A stretch of 64,000 bases of DNA. It comes from an uncultured Alphaproteobacteria bacterium. Its GTDB lineage: Bacteria > Pseudomonadota > Alphaproteobacteria > Methylaequorales > Methylaequoraceae. The stretch lies in assembly GCA_902537615.1 (NCBI GenBank), contig CACBBU010000006.1, forward strand, positions 1,085 through 65,084. The letters are read 5' to 3'. A model generated the notes under the pieces. It ran no database searches, was not told where the DNA came from, and worked only from the letters and a program-made list of their open reading frames with translations. A program made the position numbers and the translations under genes. Shown in pieces: positions 19,973 to 30,578 of the stretch; position 1 is the first letter of the stretch; every line of letters begins with the position of its first letter.

Positions 19973-20406
19973 TCAATTAAAACTAATGGTTCTCCAAACT
20001 CAACTGGAGATTCATTTTTTACAAAAATTTTTTTAACTTTTCCATTTTTGTCAGCTGTAATTTCGTTCATGGTTTTCATTGCCTCAATAATAAGTAAAAC
20101 TTGTCCGATCTTAACATTCTGTCCCTCCTCAATAAATTTTTTTGCACTCGGTTCCGGTGAAAGATACGCTGTGCCAACCATCGGAGATTTCAAAGCGTTT
20201 TCTGTTAGGTTAACTTCTTTTTCTATAACTGGTTTATTTTCGGTAGTATTTGAATCATTACGACTAGCAGCTGGGTATTTGTTTTGTTTTTTTAATTCAT
20301 ATGAAACGGTTTCATCGGAAAATTTAACTTCACTTAAGTTATTTTTTTCCATAGCTTTTGATAAAATATCAATGTCTTCTAAAATTTTTTTATTGATTTT
20401 ATTCAT
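19969..20406 (-). CDS. accB: acetyl-CoA carboxylase biotin carboxyl carrier protein
   Basis: 145-aa ORF with the biotinylation motif [11 protein letters not shown], upstream of accC with a 4-nt overlap. Confidence 0.92.
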   Translation of the reverse strand: MNKINKKILEDIDILSKAMEKNNLSEVKFSDETVSYELKKQNKYPAASRNDSNTTENKPVIEKEVNLTENALKSPMVGTAYLSPEPSAKKFIEEGQNVKIGQVLLIIEAMKTMNEITADKNGKVKKIFVKNESPVEFGEPLVLIE

Positions 20407-20836
20407 TTTTAAATAAATTTTTAAACGATCTAAGTGCTATTACATATACGTCTATTCCAAAGCCAGCTATGATAGCATGTACGGCGGGGCTTATAAAAGA
20501 TTTTTTTCTAAATTCTTCTCTACTATAAATATTTGAAATATGTACTTCAATTTTTGGTATTTTTAGTATTTTTAATGCGTCATGAATTGCTATTGAGGTA
20601 TGAGTAAATGCACCAGCATTTATTATAAATCCATCATATTTCTGACATTTGTGTATTTCACTGATAATTTCAGCCTCTGAGTTACTTTGAAAGAAAGAAA
20701 TATTAAAATCTAATTTTTTTGATTCATGTATACATATTTTTTCAAGTTCTTTTAAAGTGGTACTACCATAAACTTCTGTTTCTCTTTTTCCAAGCATATT
20801 AAGGTTAGGTCCATTTAAAATAAAAATTTTTTTCAT
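20399..20836 (-). CDS. aroQ: type II 3-dehydroquinate dehydratase
   Basis: [20 protein letters not shown]-terminus and [15 protein letters not shown] motif. Confidence 0.92.
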   Translation of the reverse strand: MKKIFILNGPNLNMLGKRETEVYGSTTLKELEKICIHESKKLDFNISFFQSNSEAEIISEIHKCQKYDGFIINAGAFTHTSIAIHDALKILKIPKIEVHISNIYSREEFRKKSFISPAVHAIIAGFGIDVYVIALRSFKNLFKNE

Positions 20837-22137
20837 TGAGACTTTCTTTTTAAAATTTCTTTTTCAAGATCCAGGATTTTATTTTTTAAAACTGGATCTT
20901 TGGTGTATCTTTTAACCCGTTGAATATGTATTTTAGCATTTTTTATTTGATTAACTAACAAATATTTTTCTGCTAATGCATACGATGAAAAGTCAGGTTT
21001 TTTCAATTTGCCATAGTTTAGTCCTAGATAATGCCAAGCTTCATAAGGAAAATCATCTTCTTTTATATATGACCAAAGTATTTTTATGGACTCTAAATAT
21101 GAATTTTTATCATTCATATGATACAAAGATTTAGCAAGAAAAAGTCTAAATGATTTTTCACTAGGATTCAGCTTTATTGCCTTTCTGAATTGCGGAATTG
21201 ATTCCATAATCATACCATTTTCAAAAAGTATCTGACCTTTTAATTCATAAAAATAAGGATTTTTATTATCAATCTTTATGCATTGATCAATTAGTTCAAG
21301 GGCTTTTTTAATTTTACCAATTCTATAATTTCTTAAGGTATAAGCATAAAGACCTTCAATTTTACTATTATTCCCGTAAATATTTTCAAGCTTTTTGTCA
21401 TCCAAAAAAAATCCATCAATTTTTGCTTTAATTAAATTATATTTTTTTTCTAGGAGACTAAAACTTTTAGTTTTTTGATTTTTAAGATTGAAATAAATAT
21501 TTTTTTTTCTCTCACTTGATAATGGGTGAGTCAAGAAATAAGGGTTTAACTGCTTAAGACTTTCATTTTTCTCTAAAATTTTAAAAATATTAAGCATTCC
21601 CTGTAAAGAGAAACCAGACTTTTTTAAAAGCCTAATTGCATTTTGATCCGCTAATGACTCTTGTGACCTTGAAAAAGATAGAAAACGTGCAGCTCCTAAT
21701 TGTTGGCCGCCAAGAAGTATGGCTGATCCTGCTTGGCCTGCACCAGCAGCAATAGCGCCTGCCGCAAGTATTGATGAAATTATACTTATCATAGAAGTTT
21801 TTTCAGCAGCTTTTAACTTATCTGAAAAATGCCCACCAATAATATGACCTATTTCATGAGCAATAACACCTGCTAAATCTTCAATTTTTTTGCTTTTCAT
21901 TAACAAACCTTTTGTCAAAAAAATTTTTTGACCAGGAATTACAAATGCATTTATAAAGTCTTTGTTATCAATAAAAAAATTGAGATTATTTAATTCCAAA
22001 TTGTTATCCTTTATTAAAATATAAGAAATTTCTTTCAGAAAATTTTCTGTTTCAGCATCTCTAATAATATTCAAGTTTGAAGACTTAGCAGAAAAAAAAA
22101 AGAAAGTTGTGACTAAAAGTATTATGAAAGCTTGCAT
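20833..22137 (-). CDS. M48 family metallopeptidase with C-terminal TPR repeats (BepA-like)
   Basis: Signal peptide, HEIGHIIGGH zinc motif and a TPR-like C-terminal half. Confidence 0.8.
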   Translation of the reverse strand: MQAFIILLVTTFFFFSAKSSNLNIIRDAETENFLKEISYILIKDNNLELNNLNFFIDNKDFINAFVIPGQKIFLTKGLLMKSKKIEDLAGVIAHEIGHIIGGHFSDKLKAAEKTSMISIISSILAAGAIAAGAGQAGSAILLGGQQLGAARFLSFSRSQESLADQNAIRLLKKSGFSLQGMLNIFKILEKNESLKQLNPYFLTHPLSSERKKNIYFNLKNQKTKSFSLLEKKYNLIKAKIDGFFLDDKKLENIYGNNSKIEGLYAYTLRNYRIGKIKKALELIDQCIKIDNKNPYFYELKGQILFENGMIMESIPQFRKAIKLNPSEKSFRLFLAKSLYHMNDKNSYLESIKILWSYIKEDDFPYEAWHYLGLNYGKLKKPDFSSYALAEKYLLVNQIKNAKIHIQRVKRYTKDPVLKNKILDLEKEILKRKSQ

Positions 22138-22174
22138 AGGATGATATATTTTATATATATTTTAACCTGTTTAA

Positions 22175-23338
22175 ATGAATAATAAATTTTTTTTTCCCTC
22201 TAAAAGATCAAATATTGACTCATTCAAAGTAATGCAGTTACTTTATGATGCTATTAATTTAGAAAACAATGGAAAAAAGGTTTATCATTTAGAGCTAGGA
22301 GAGCCAACTCAACGTACACCATTAATTGTTAAGAATGAAGTAAAGAAACTTATTAATTTGAACTTACCTGGTTATACTCCATCCAATGGAATAGAAAATT
22401 TAAGAAAAAAAATTTCAAAATTTTATGAACACAAATACAAACTTAAAATAAGCCACGAAAATATTTTCATCACAACAGGTTCTTCAGGAGCATTTTTGCT
22501 ATCATTTATTTCCTGTTTTGATAAAGAACAGAAAGTTGGGATATTTAACCCAGTTTATCCAGCTTACAGAAATATTTTAAAGTCATTAAATATAAAAGTT
22601 ATTGAAATATATCCCGAAGAATCTGATATTTGTACGATTGATTTTAGAAAAATTGAAAATTTTAAGAATTTAGACGGTTTAATAATATCTAATCCTAACA
22701 ATCCTAACGGACAAGTTTTCTCAAATAAGGAGCTAGATTATATTTATAAATTTTGTTGTAAAAACAATATTTCACTTATATCAGATGAGATTTATCATGG
22801 AATTGAATATCAAGATCCTTCAAAGTCAATATTAAATTTTGGTCCTAAAGCTATTGTTATAAATAGTTTTTCAAAGTATTTTCTTATGCCAGGGTGGAGG
22901 TTGGGCTGGACAATTATTCCAGATTCATTAAGAGAAAACTTTTTGAGGTTATCTCAAAATCTTTTTATTTCATCTGGTAATATAGCCCAGTATTCTGCAG
23001 TTAGGGTTTTTGAATGTATAAGTGAATTAAATAAGATTGTAAAACAATATTCAAATTCACGACGGCAAATTCACGAACTCTTATCTGAGATAAAAGGTTT
23101 AAATTTTAGAAAGCCTGACGGAGCTTTTTATTTTTATCTGGATATAACAAATTTTAATATAAATTCTGAACAACTTGCAAAAAAAATTTTAAACGATGTA
23201 GGTGTTGCACTTACTCCTGGGACTGACTTTGACAAAAGATTTGGACAAAGAACAATGAGACTTGCTTTTTCAATTGATAACAAAAAGGTGATTGAAGCTG
23301 TAACCAAATTAAAAAACTGGTTTAGTAATAACTATTGA
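22175..23338 (+). CDS. class I/II PLP-dependent aminotransferase
   Basis: 387-aa ORF with the NSFSKYFLMPGWRLGW lysine motif and NPNNPNG loop. Confidence 0.8.
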   Translation: MNNKFFFPSKRSNIDSFKVMQLLYDAINLENNGKKVYHLELGEPTQRTPLIVKNEVKKLINLNLPGYTPSNGIENLRKKISKFYEHKYKLKISHENIFITTGSSGAFLLSFISCFDKEQKVGIFNPVYPAYRNILKSLNIKVIEIYPEESDICTIDFRKIENFKNLDGLIISNPNNPNGQVFSNKELDYIYKFCCKNNISLISDEIYHGIEYQDPSKSILNFGPKAIVINSFSKYFLMPGWRLGWTIIPDSLRENFLRLSQNLFISSGNIAQYSAVRVFECISELNKIVKQYSNSRRQIHELLSEIKGLNFRKPDGAFYFYLDITNFNINSEQLAKKILNDVGVALTPGTDFDKRFGQRTMRLAFSIDNKKVIEAVTKLKNWFSNNY

Positions 23339-25398
23339 TTCCACCAACCTTGTCTTTTTTCTTGATTCTCTTGCTTCTTAATAACTTCTAAATTTTCGTT
23401 ATTCTTTATAATTTTAGCTGAATTTTCTGGTTTTAATTTATTTGATTTAAAATCTTTTACCTTCTGCCTGTAACTTTTTCTTTTTGTAGATAAAACATTT
23501 TCATTTTTTGAATTTTCAACATTATTCTCAGAACTAGGTTTTATGTAATCATCTTTTGAAAGTTCTTTTGTTTTTTTAATACGTTGATTATTTGTATTCA
23601 TTTTATATTTTTTGTTTCCCTTGATTAAGTTAGTTAACTTATCTAGATCAATTTCCCTTTCAATATTGGTAAGGATTACTTCATTTTGCTTACAAATTAT
23701 AAAATCTAACTCCTTTAATTGGTGGTCTACGATGATTGAGTTTTTTTTCTTTTCAAAGGCTTTTGAGTTTGGGTTTTTTTCAAAAAGTAATTGCAAATGA
23801 CTACTGCAGACAATATTGACATTCTCTTTTTTTTTATCATAAGTAAGCTCTTCAAAGACTCTGGTTAATTGATTTGTTAGAAAATGATTAGAAGGAATTC
23901 TTCCATATCCATTACAATGAGAACATTTGATTGAAACTTTAGAGTCTTCATTAACTTTTAATCTTTGTCTTGAAAGCTCAAGTAAACCAAAATTACTTAT
24001 TCTCCCAACCTGAACTCTTGCTCTATCATTTTTTAAATGATCTTTTAATCTTTTTTCAACTTTAAAATTATGATTCCTGTCTAGCATGTCAATAAAGTCA
24101 ATAACTATTAATCCTGCTAAATCTCTTATCCTTATTTGCCTGCTAATCTCTTCTGCTGCTTCTAGGTTAGTTTGAAATGCTGTATCTTCAATATTTCTAT
24201 TTTTAGTAAATTTACCGGAATTAATATCAATTGCAACAAGCGCCTCTGTTTGATTAATTACGAGATAACCACCTGACTTGAGACCTACATTAGGGTTGTT
24301 AATTTCTACAATTTTCTTTTCAATTCCATGATTAAAAAAAATAGGTTTTTTATCTTTATACAATTTTAATTTTTTCACGGAGTTAGGCATAAATTGTTTC
24401 ACAATTTCTTTGCACTTAGATAGGATTAACTTGTTGTTTATCAAAACAGATTCATATGAATCATCAAAGTAATCTCTTAAGCATCTTTTTATTAAGTTAT
24501 CCTCTTCGTGAATTAAACATGGGGCATTAGATTTTATTGTTTTAGATGTAATTTCTTTCCATAACTTTATCAGTGAATTATAGTCTCGTTTAATTTCTTT
24601 TAAACTCATTGATTCACCTGCCGTTCTAATTATAGCTCCCATACCGGGTTTTATTTTTAGTTTGTTCAATACATCTTTTAATTTTTTTCTGAGTTTAATA
24701 TCAACGATTTTTCTAGAAATTCCTCCCCCCTTATTGGTATTAGGCATTAAAACGCAATACTTACCAGCTAAAGATAGTCTTGTTGTTACTGCTGCCCCTT
24801 TATTTCCTCTTTCCTCTTTGACAACTTGTATTAAGATCACCTGATTACTTTTAATAACTTCTTGAATGCTATATTTTTTGTGAAAAACAATGCCTTTATT
24901 TCTTTTTGGTGTTCTAAAAGTTCTCCTTTTTTTTAGCCTTGTATGCGGATAGTCATCAATTGGTTTATAGTTGAAAAAATCAAAAACTTTGGAGAGAAAG
25001 CCCTCGTTTTTGTCTTTATTATTTCTCTCATGTTGATTAGTACTTTCTTGGCCTTCATTAAAATTCTCATCAATGAAATTTTCTTCATCCTCATTTATGA
25101 TTAGATTTTGTGATTCGTTAAATTCCTGTTCTAACAATTTTTTCTTATCTGCAGTTGGTATTTTGAAGTAGTCAGGGTGTATCTCGTTGTAGGCTAAAAA
25201 CCCATGTTTTTTTGCACCGTAATCTACAAATGCAGCTTGTAGGGAGGGTTCAACCCTAATAATTTTTGCCAAATAAATATTTCCTTTAACCCTGTCATTC
25301 TTAAAATTTTCTGATTCATAGTCAACCAAATCATTTTTGTTGACTATAGCAACTCTAACCTCTTCATTTTGGTTAGCATCAATTAGCATCTGTTTCAT
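23332..25398 (-). CDS. rne: ribonuclease E/G family endoribonuclease (RNase E-like)
   Basis: MLIDANQNEEVRVAIV start, an S1 domain, the ALVAIDINSGKF catalytic region, a CxxC zinc link (CSHCNGYG) and a basic C-terminal tail. Confidence 0.85.
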   Translation of the reverse strand: MKQMLIDANQNEEVRVAIVNKNDLVDYESENFKNDRVKGNIYLAKIIRVEPSLQAAFVDYGAKKHGFLAYNEIHPDYFKIPTADKKKLLEQEFNESQNLIINEDEENFIDENFNEGQESTNQHERNNKDKNEGFLSKVFDFFNYKPIDDYPHTRLKKRRTFRTPKRNKGIVFHKKYSIQEVIKSNQVILIQVVKEERGNKGAAVTTRLSLAGKYCVLMPNTNKGGGISRKIVDIKLRKKLKDVLNKLKIKPGMGAIIRTAGESMSLKEIKRDYNSLIKLWKEITSKTIKSNAPCLIHEEDNLIKRCLRDYFDDSYESVLINNKLILSKCKEIVKQFMPNSVKKLKLYKDKKPIFFNHGIEKKIVEINNPNVGLKSGGYLVINQTEALVAIDINSGKFTKNRNIEDTAFQTNLEAAEEISRQIRIRDLAGLIVIDFIDMLDRNHNFKVEKRLKDHLKNDRARVQVGRISNFGLLELSRQRLKVNEDSKVSIKCSHCNGYGRIPSNHFLTNQLTRVFEELTYDKKKENVNIVCSSHLQLLFEKNPNSKAFEKKKNSIIVDHQLKELDFIICKQNEVILTNIEREIDLDKLTNLIKGNKKYKMNTNNQRIKKTKELSKDDYIKPSSENNVENSKNENVLSTKRKSYRQKVKDFKSNKLKPENSAKIIKNNENLEVIKKQENQEKRQGWWNQ

Positions 25399-25524
25399 AA
25401 TAATTCCTTTAAACTTTATTTTTTATTATTATTAAAAATTCAACAAATTACAAAAAAAAAGAACATATTGTTTTTTTTTGTAAAAAAACCACTATATTTA
25501 GTATAATTAAACTAAAAACTAAAA

Positions 25525-26589
25525 TTGAAATCAATCATAAAGACTATAATATATTTTTTATTTCTTTTTTACAGCAGCGAATTATTTTCGTTAGAAATTA
25601 ACAATGTTAGATATGGTTCAAATGCTGAGGTAAAAAGAATTGTCCTTGATATTTCTAACGATGTGACTTTTAAAAATAAGGTTTTACAAAATAAAATTGA
25701 AATTAATTTTGATAAAAAATTGACCTTAACAAAACCGTTCACAAAAAATAACGACTTAAAAGAAATAAACTTTGATACAACAAGTAACACAGTAATTTTA
25801 ATTTTTAAAAGAAATGTTCATTCTCCTAATATCTATTTTCTTAAAAAAAAGAATAATAAGTATGCTAGGGTTGTTATTGATTATAAAAATAAACCCAAAA
25901 AAAGAAAAATAGTTGTTGTTGATCCTGGACATGGTGGGAGGGACTCTGGAGCCGTTGGTATTACCAAAAAACTTGAAAAAAATATTACACTAAAAGTTGC
26001 TTTATTATTAAAAAAAGAATTTAGTAAATATGATGAATTTCATGTAATATTAACCAGAGAAAAAGATGTTTATTTAAAATTACGAGAGAGAACAAAGATT
26101 GCTAAAAATAGTAATGCTGATATATTTATCTCGTTACATGCTGATTTTAATAAAAACAGGAGAACAAGAGGTATATCTCTCTACACATTATCAGAAAAAG
26201 CATCTGACAAGGAAGCAGAAGAATTGGCAAGAAGAGAAAATAGGTCAGATTTTTTAGGAAATGTTGACTTAACATCTGAAAGTTCGGAGGTTACAAATAT
26301 TTTGATTGATCTTACAAAAAGAGAAACTTTAAACCAGTCCAGCCATTTGGTTAATTTTTTGATTAGAGATATAAAAAATGAAATGAATTTATTAAAAAGA
26401 GCCCACAGATTTGCTGGCTTTGCCGTTTTAAAATCTCTTGACATTCCCTCAGTTTTAATTGAAATGGGATACTTGTCAAATAGGGAGGATTCCAAACTTT
26501 TAGTAAGCAATAGTTATCAAAAAAAGATTACCTCTAACATAGTAAAAGCTGTTAAAAATTATTTTGATTGGATTGAAAATAATAACTAA
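25525..26589 (+). CDS. amiC: N-acetylmuramoyl-L-alanine amidase (AmiC-like)
   Basis: TTG start with a signal peptide. It has an AMIN-like N-terminal region followed by the Amidase_3 motifs VVVDPGHGGRDSGAVG, ISLHAD and ...SVLIEMGYLSN. Confidence 0.85.
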   Translation: MKSIIKTIIYFLFLFYSSELFSLEINNVRYGSNAEVKRIVLDISNDVTFKNKVLQNKIEINFDKKLTLTKPFTKNNDLKEINFDTTSNTVILIFKRNVHSPNIYFLKKKNNKYARVVIDYKNKPKKRKIVVVDPGHGGRDSGAVGITKKLEKNITLKVALLLKKEFSKYDEFHVILTREKDVYLKLRERTKIAKNSNADIFISLHADFNKNRRTRGISLYTLSEKASDKEAEELARRENRSDFLGNVDLTSESSEVTNILIDLTKRETLNQSSHLVNFLIRDIKNEMNLLKRAHRFAGFAVLKSLDIPSVLIEMGYLSNREDSKLLVSNSYQKKITSNIVKAVKNYFDWIENNN

Positions 26590-26607
26590 CTAACTATTTT
26601 AATTACA

Positions 26608-28974
26608 ATGTCAAAAAGTTTTATTAATGTTTTCTACTCAATTCTAATACTTTTATTTTCAGTATTCTTTTTTACAGTATTTATATTATTTTTCTTTGGT
26701 AAAGATCTTCCTAGTTTTGACAAACTCTCATCTTATAAACCTAGGTTGGTTTCAAAAATTTATACTGCAAATGGAAATTTTTTAGAGGATTATTCTAATG
26801 AAAATAGAGTCTTTATAAAATATGAAGATATTCCAACTGAATTGATTAACTGTTTTTTGGTGTCAGAAGATATAAATTTTTATAAGCATGAAGGGATTGA
26901 TTATAGAGGAATTTTAAGAGCTTTTTTAAAAAATGTCTCAAATACTTTCACTAATAAAAGGCTACAAGGCGCTTCAACAATAACTCAACAAGTTGCAAAA
27001 AACTTTTTGCTAACAAATGAAATATCATATACGAGGAAAATAAAAGAAATAATTATAGCTTTAAGAATGGAGAGAGTCCTCAGTAAAGAACAAATAATGG
27101 AGTTATATCTTAATGAAATATATTTGGGAAATGGTTCATACGGAATTGCCTCTGCATCATTGAATTATTTTAATAAGTCAGTTTCTGATCTTAAACTTCA
27201 TGAAATGGCTATGCTAGCCGCATTACCTAAAGCTCCCTCCACTTATAATCCTTATAGAAATTCAATAAGGGCTCTTAAGAGAAGAAACTGGGTTATAAAA
27301 AGATTGTTGGATGAAAAGTTTATAAGTCTTCAAGAATATTCGGTTTTAATGAGTGAAGAAATTAAATTGTCAAAAAGTAAAAAAATTCTAAATAATAAAG
27401 CTTCTTTTTTTAAAGAGGAGGTGAGAAGAGAAATAATTTCAAGATTTAACGAAAAGAAACTTTATGATAGCGGTCTTACAATAATGACAACAATAAATGA
27501 AAAGTTGCAAGTTGCAGCCGAAGACTCATTCAGGAAAGGGTTGAGAAACTATTCCAAAAGATCTGGATGGAACGGTCCAGTAGAAAGTTTAAAGGTTGAT
27601 CAGAATTTTGAATGGGTAAAAACTATATCTAATTACAGAAAGCCAGCCGGCCTGTACAACGACGAAATTGCTATTGTGAAAAAAATAAAACCAGAATTTA
27701 TAGAAGTTATTACTAAAAGTGGAAAAAAGTTGACTATTAACCGAGATGAAATGACTATTTTAAAATCTAAAAATATTAATTGTAAAAAGTTTTTCAAACG
27801 TGGAGATATAATTGTTATCTCTTTAAATAAGAAATCCTCAAAGTATGAACTTAGTCAAATTCCAAAAGTCAATGGTGGAATGGTTGTAATTGAAAACAAC
27901 ACTGGAAGAGTTCTTGCAATGGTAGGAGGATATGATTCAAGTTCTTCATTTAATAGAGTCACTCAAGCCAACAGACAACTGGGATCATCATTTAAGCCCT
28001 TTGTTTATATAACTGCATTAGAGAATGGATATTCTCCGGTAAGCAGAATTCTTGACGCACCTTTTGTAATTGACGATCTTTCAAAAGATGGTGTTTGGAG
28101 ACCAACTAACTATGGAGAAAAATTCTATGGACTAAGTACCCTGAGACTTGGCATAGAAAAATCAAGAAACCTTATGACGATAAGACTATCTGACCAAGTT
28201 GGTTTAGAAAAAATAGCTGAATTATCAAAAAAACTAGAAATTTATGATGATTTTCCTTTTTTAATTTCAAGTTCTTTGGGTTCCTTGGAAAGTTCATTAA
28301 TGAAAATTACCTCTGCGTACTCATCCATTGCTAACGGTGGATTTATGATTTCTCCTAGGCTAATTGATGTAATATATGATAATTCTGGAAAGATAATTTT
28401 TAAAGGTGATAAAAGAAAATGTGTAAACTGTTCATTTGAAAATAGTGATAACTTGACTACCTCATCTATTTTTGAGCTCCCAAAACCAGAAATTAAACAT
28501 GGAACTAATAGGATTTTTTCTGAAGATTCTGCCTATCAAATGATTTCTTTTTTAATGGGTGTAATTAAAAGAGGAACTGCAAAAAATATTAATAATTTTG
28601 ATTATCAGATTGCAGGTAAAACAGGCACAACTAATGAAAATCAAGATGCTTGGTTTATAGGATTTTCATCTGAATTGACCGTGGGAGTTTTTGTTGGGCA
28701 TGATGTTCCAAAATCTTTAGGAAAATTTGAAACTGGTTCTAAAGTGGCAGCGCCAATATTTCATGATTTTTTTAAAAATGTTTACAGGAGTCATATTCCA
28801 AAACCATTTAATATTCCAAAATCTATAAAATTTATTAATGTCGATATAGCTACCGGAAAACCAAGTAATGAAAATTTTATAACTGAATCTTTCAAAAATA
28901 ACTTTAATTTCGACAATAAATACGATAATAAAAAAGATTCAAGTAGTGACTTTGAATTTAAAGGATTTTATTAA
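26608..28974 (+). CDS. mrcA: penicillin-binding protein 1A (bifunctional glycosyltransferase/transpeptidase)
   Basis: GT51 motifs EDINFYKHEGID and GASTITQQVAKN, plus the transpeptidase motifs SSFKP and KTGTT. Confidence 0.92.
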   Translation: MSKSFINVFYSILILLFSVFFFTVFILFFFGKDLPSFDKLSSYKPRLVSKIYTANGNFLEDYSNENRVFIKYEDIPTELINCFLVSEDINFYKHEGIDYRGILRAFLKNVSNTFTNKRLQGASTITQQVAKNFLLTNEISYTRKIKEIIIALRMERVLSKEQIMELYLNEIYLGNGSYGIASASLNYFNKSVSDLKLHEMAMLAALPKAPSTYNPYRNSIRALKRRNWVIKRLLDEKFISLQEYSVLMSEEIKLSKSKKILNNKASFFKEEVRREIISRFNEKKLYDSGLTIMTTINEKLQVAAEDSFRKGLRNYSKRSGWNGPVESLKVDQNFEWVKTISNYRKPAGLYNDEIAIVKKIKPEFIEVITKSGKKLTINRDEMTILKSKNINCKKFFKRGDIIVISLNKKSSKYELSQIPKVNGGMVVIENNTGRVLAMVGGYDSSSSFNRVTQANRQLGSSFKPFVYITALENGYSPVSRILDAPFVIDDLSKDGVWRPTNYGEKFYGLSTLRLGIEKSRNLMTIRLSDQVGLEKIAELSKKLEIYDDFPFLISSSLGSLESSLMKITSAYSSIANGGFMISPRLIDVIYDNSGKIIFKGDKRKCVNCSFENSDNLTTSSIFELPKPEIKHGTNRIFSEDSAYQMISFLMGVIKRGTAKNINNFDYQIAGKTGTTNENQDAWFIGFSSELTVGVFVGHDVPKSLGKFETGSKVAAPIFHDFFKNVYRSHIPKPFNIPKSIKFINVDIATGKPSNENFITESFKNNFNFDNKYDNKKDSSSDFEFKGFY

Positions 28975-30069
28975 TGAAATATGAGGTTGTAGAAGTATCT
29001 AATAATATTAAGGTTTTGTTGAAAAACCTAAGGGGGTTTGTTTGAAAAAAAGAATATTAATGAAAACCTTCTAAATCTTAAAAAAAACCTTGAAAATCAA
29101 GATAACTGGGATGACTTTGAAAAAACAAATAAAAATTTGAAGAGATTAAACTACCTTTCCAGTTTTTTAAAAACCATAGATGATCTTGAAAAATCTTATG
29201 ACGATACACTAGAACTTATAAAAATAACAGATGAAAATACTAATTCTGATATGTACTTAGAGTTAGAAACTGAGCTCAGATTAATTGAAAGAGATGCAAA
29301 CACCCTTCATATTGAGACCTTAATGTCGGGAAAGGCTGATTCAAAAAATGTTTTGCTAGAGATTCATTCAGGCGCTGGTGGAATTGAGGCTCAAGATTGG
29401 GTAGAAATGTTACTTAGGATGTATTCTCGGTGGGCAGAGTCAAAAAGATTTAAATTACAAATAATAGATCAGAATGCTGGCGACGAGGCAGGTCTCAAAT
29501 CTGTGACATTAAAAATTGATGGTGAAAAAGCATATGGATGGTTGAAATTAGAGAATGGTATTCACAGGTTAGTAAGAATATCTCCTTTTGATTCTCAGGC
29601 TAGAAGACATACAAGTTTTGCTTCAGTTTTTTGTTATCCTGAAGTTGATAATACTGTTAATATTAATATTGAAGATAAGGATCTTAAAATTGATACCTAC
29701 AGAGCTTCAGGAGCTGGAGGACAGCATGTAAATACCACAGATAGTGCAATAAGAATTACTCATATTCCCACAAAAATTGTTGTTCAATGTCAAAATGATA
29801 GATCACAACACAGAAATAAATCTACTGCTATGGATATGCTTAAGTCAAAATTATATGAGTTAGAGTTAGCTAAGGAAGAAGAGGAAAATAAAAAAAAAAG
29901 ATCACAGAAGAATGAAATTAGTTGGGGTAATCAAATTAGATCATATGTAATGCAACCTTATACTATGGTTAAAGATCACAGAACAAAGACTGAGATATCA
30001 GATGTTAGTGCTGTTCTAAATGGAAATTTAGATAAACTTTTAGAAAGTCAATTGATAGCTTTAGGTTAG
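28974..30069 (+). CDS. prfB: peptide chain release factor 2, requiring a programmed +1 frameshift (28974..29042 joined to 29044..30069)
   Basis: Frame 0 reads MKYEVVEVSNNIKVLLKNLRGFV then TGA at 29043-29045. The +1 frame continues EKKNINENLL... and carries RISPFDS and SGAGGQHVN. LRGFV/E aligns with E. coli LRGYL/D. Confidence 0.9.
29031..29046 (+). promoter_or_regulatory. prfB +1 recoding site: SD-like AGGGGG, 3-nt spacer, GTT TGA A
   Basis: The sequence is AGG GGG TTT GTT TGA A. The geometry matches the textbook AGG GGG UAU CUU UGA C site, with GUU in place of CUU. Confidence 0.8.
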
Positions 30070-30524
30070 TCTAAATTTTTTACAAAATTTAAAACTTCTT
30101 CAACATGTCCTTTAACTTTAACATTTCTCCACACTTTTATCAGTTTTAAATCCTTGTTAAATAAAAAAGTTGCTCGTTCAATACCCATATATTTCTTTCC
30201 ATACATAGACTTTTCAACCCAAACACCAAACTTATCACAAACGGACGTGTCATCTGAAATTAGATCTATGGTTAGAGCATGCTTGGTAATGAATTTTTTA
30301 TGTTTTTCTATACTATCTTTTGAAACACCAAAAATTTTTGTGTTAAGTTTTGAGAATTTATTTTTTGACTCAGAAAACTCTTTTGCTTCAACGGTGCAAC
30401 CGGGTGTGTCATCTTTAGGATAAAAATATATTACAATATTTTGTCCTTTTAAGTCTTTGGAATCAATGAACTTATTTTCATCAATCTTAAATTTAAAGTC
30501 ATTTAATTTATCGTTAATATTCAT
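30066..30524 (-). CDS. bcp: thioredoxin-dependent peroxiredoxin Bcp
   Basis: 152-aa ORF with FYPKDDTPGCTVEA. Confidence 0.88.
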   Translation of the reverse strand: MNINDKLNDFKFKIDENKFIDSKDLKGQNIVIYFYPKDDTPGCTVEAKEFSESKNKFSKLNTKIFGVSKDSIEKHKKFITKHALTIDLISDDTSVCDKFGVWVEKSMYGKKYMGIERATFLFNKDLKLIKVWRNVKVKGHVEEVLNFVKNLD

Positions 30525-30578
30525 ATGAATTTATTTATTAATATTTTAAAGATAATTGATATACTTGTTTAATATATT

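Noticed and set aside
18932-20416. Plus-strand ORFs 18932..19282, 19683..19877 and 20048..20416
   Set aside because: They are antisense to accC and accB, which have unambiguous motifs.
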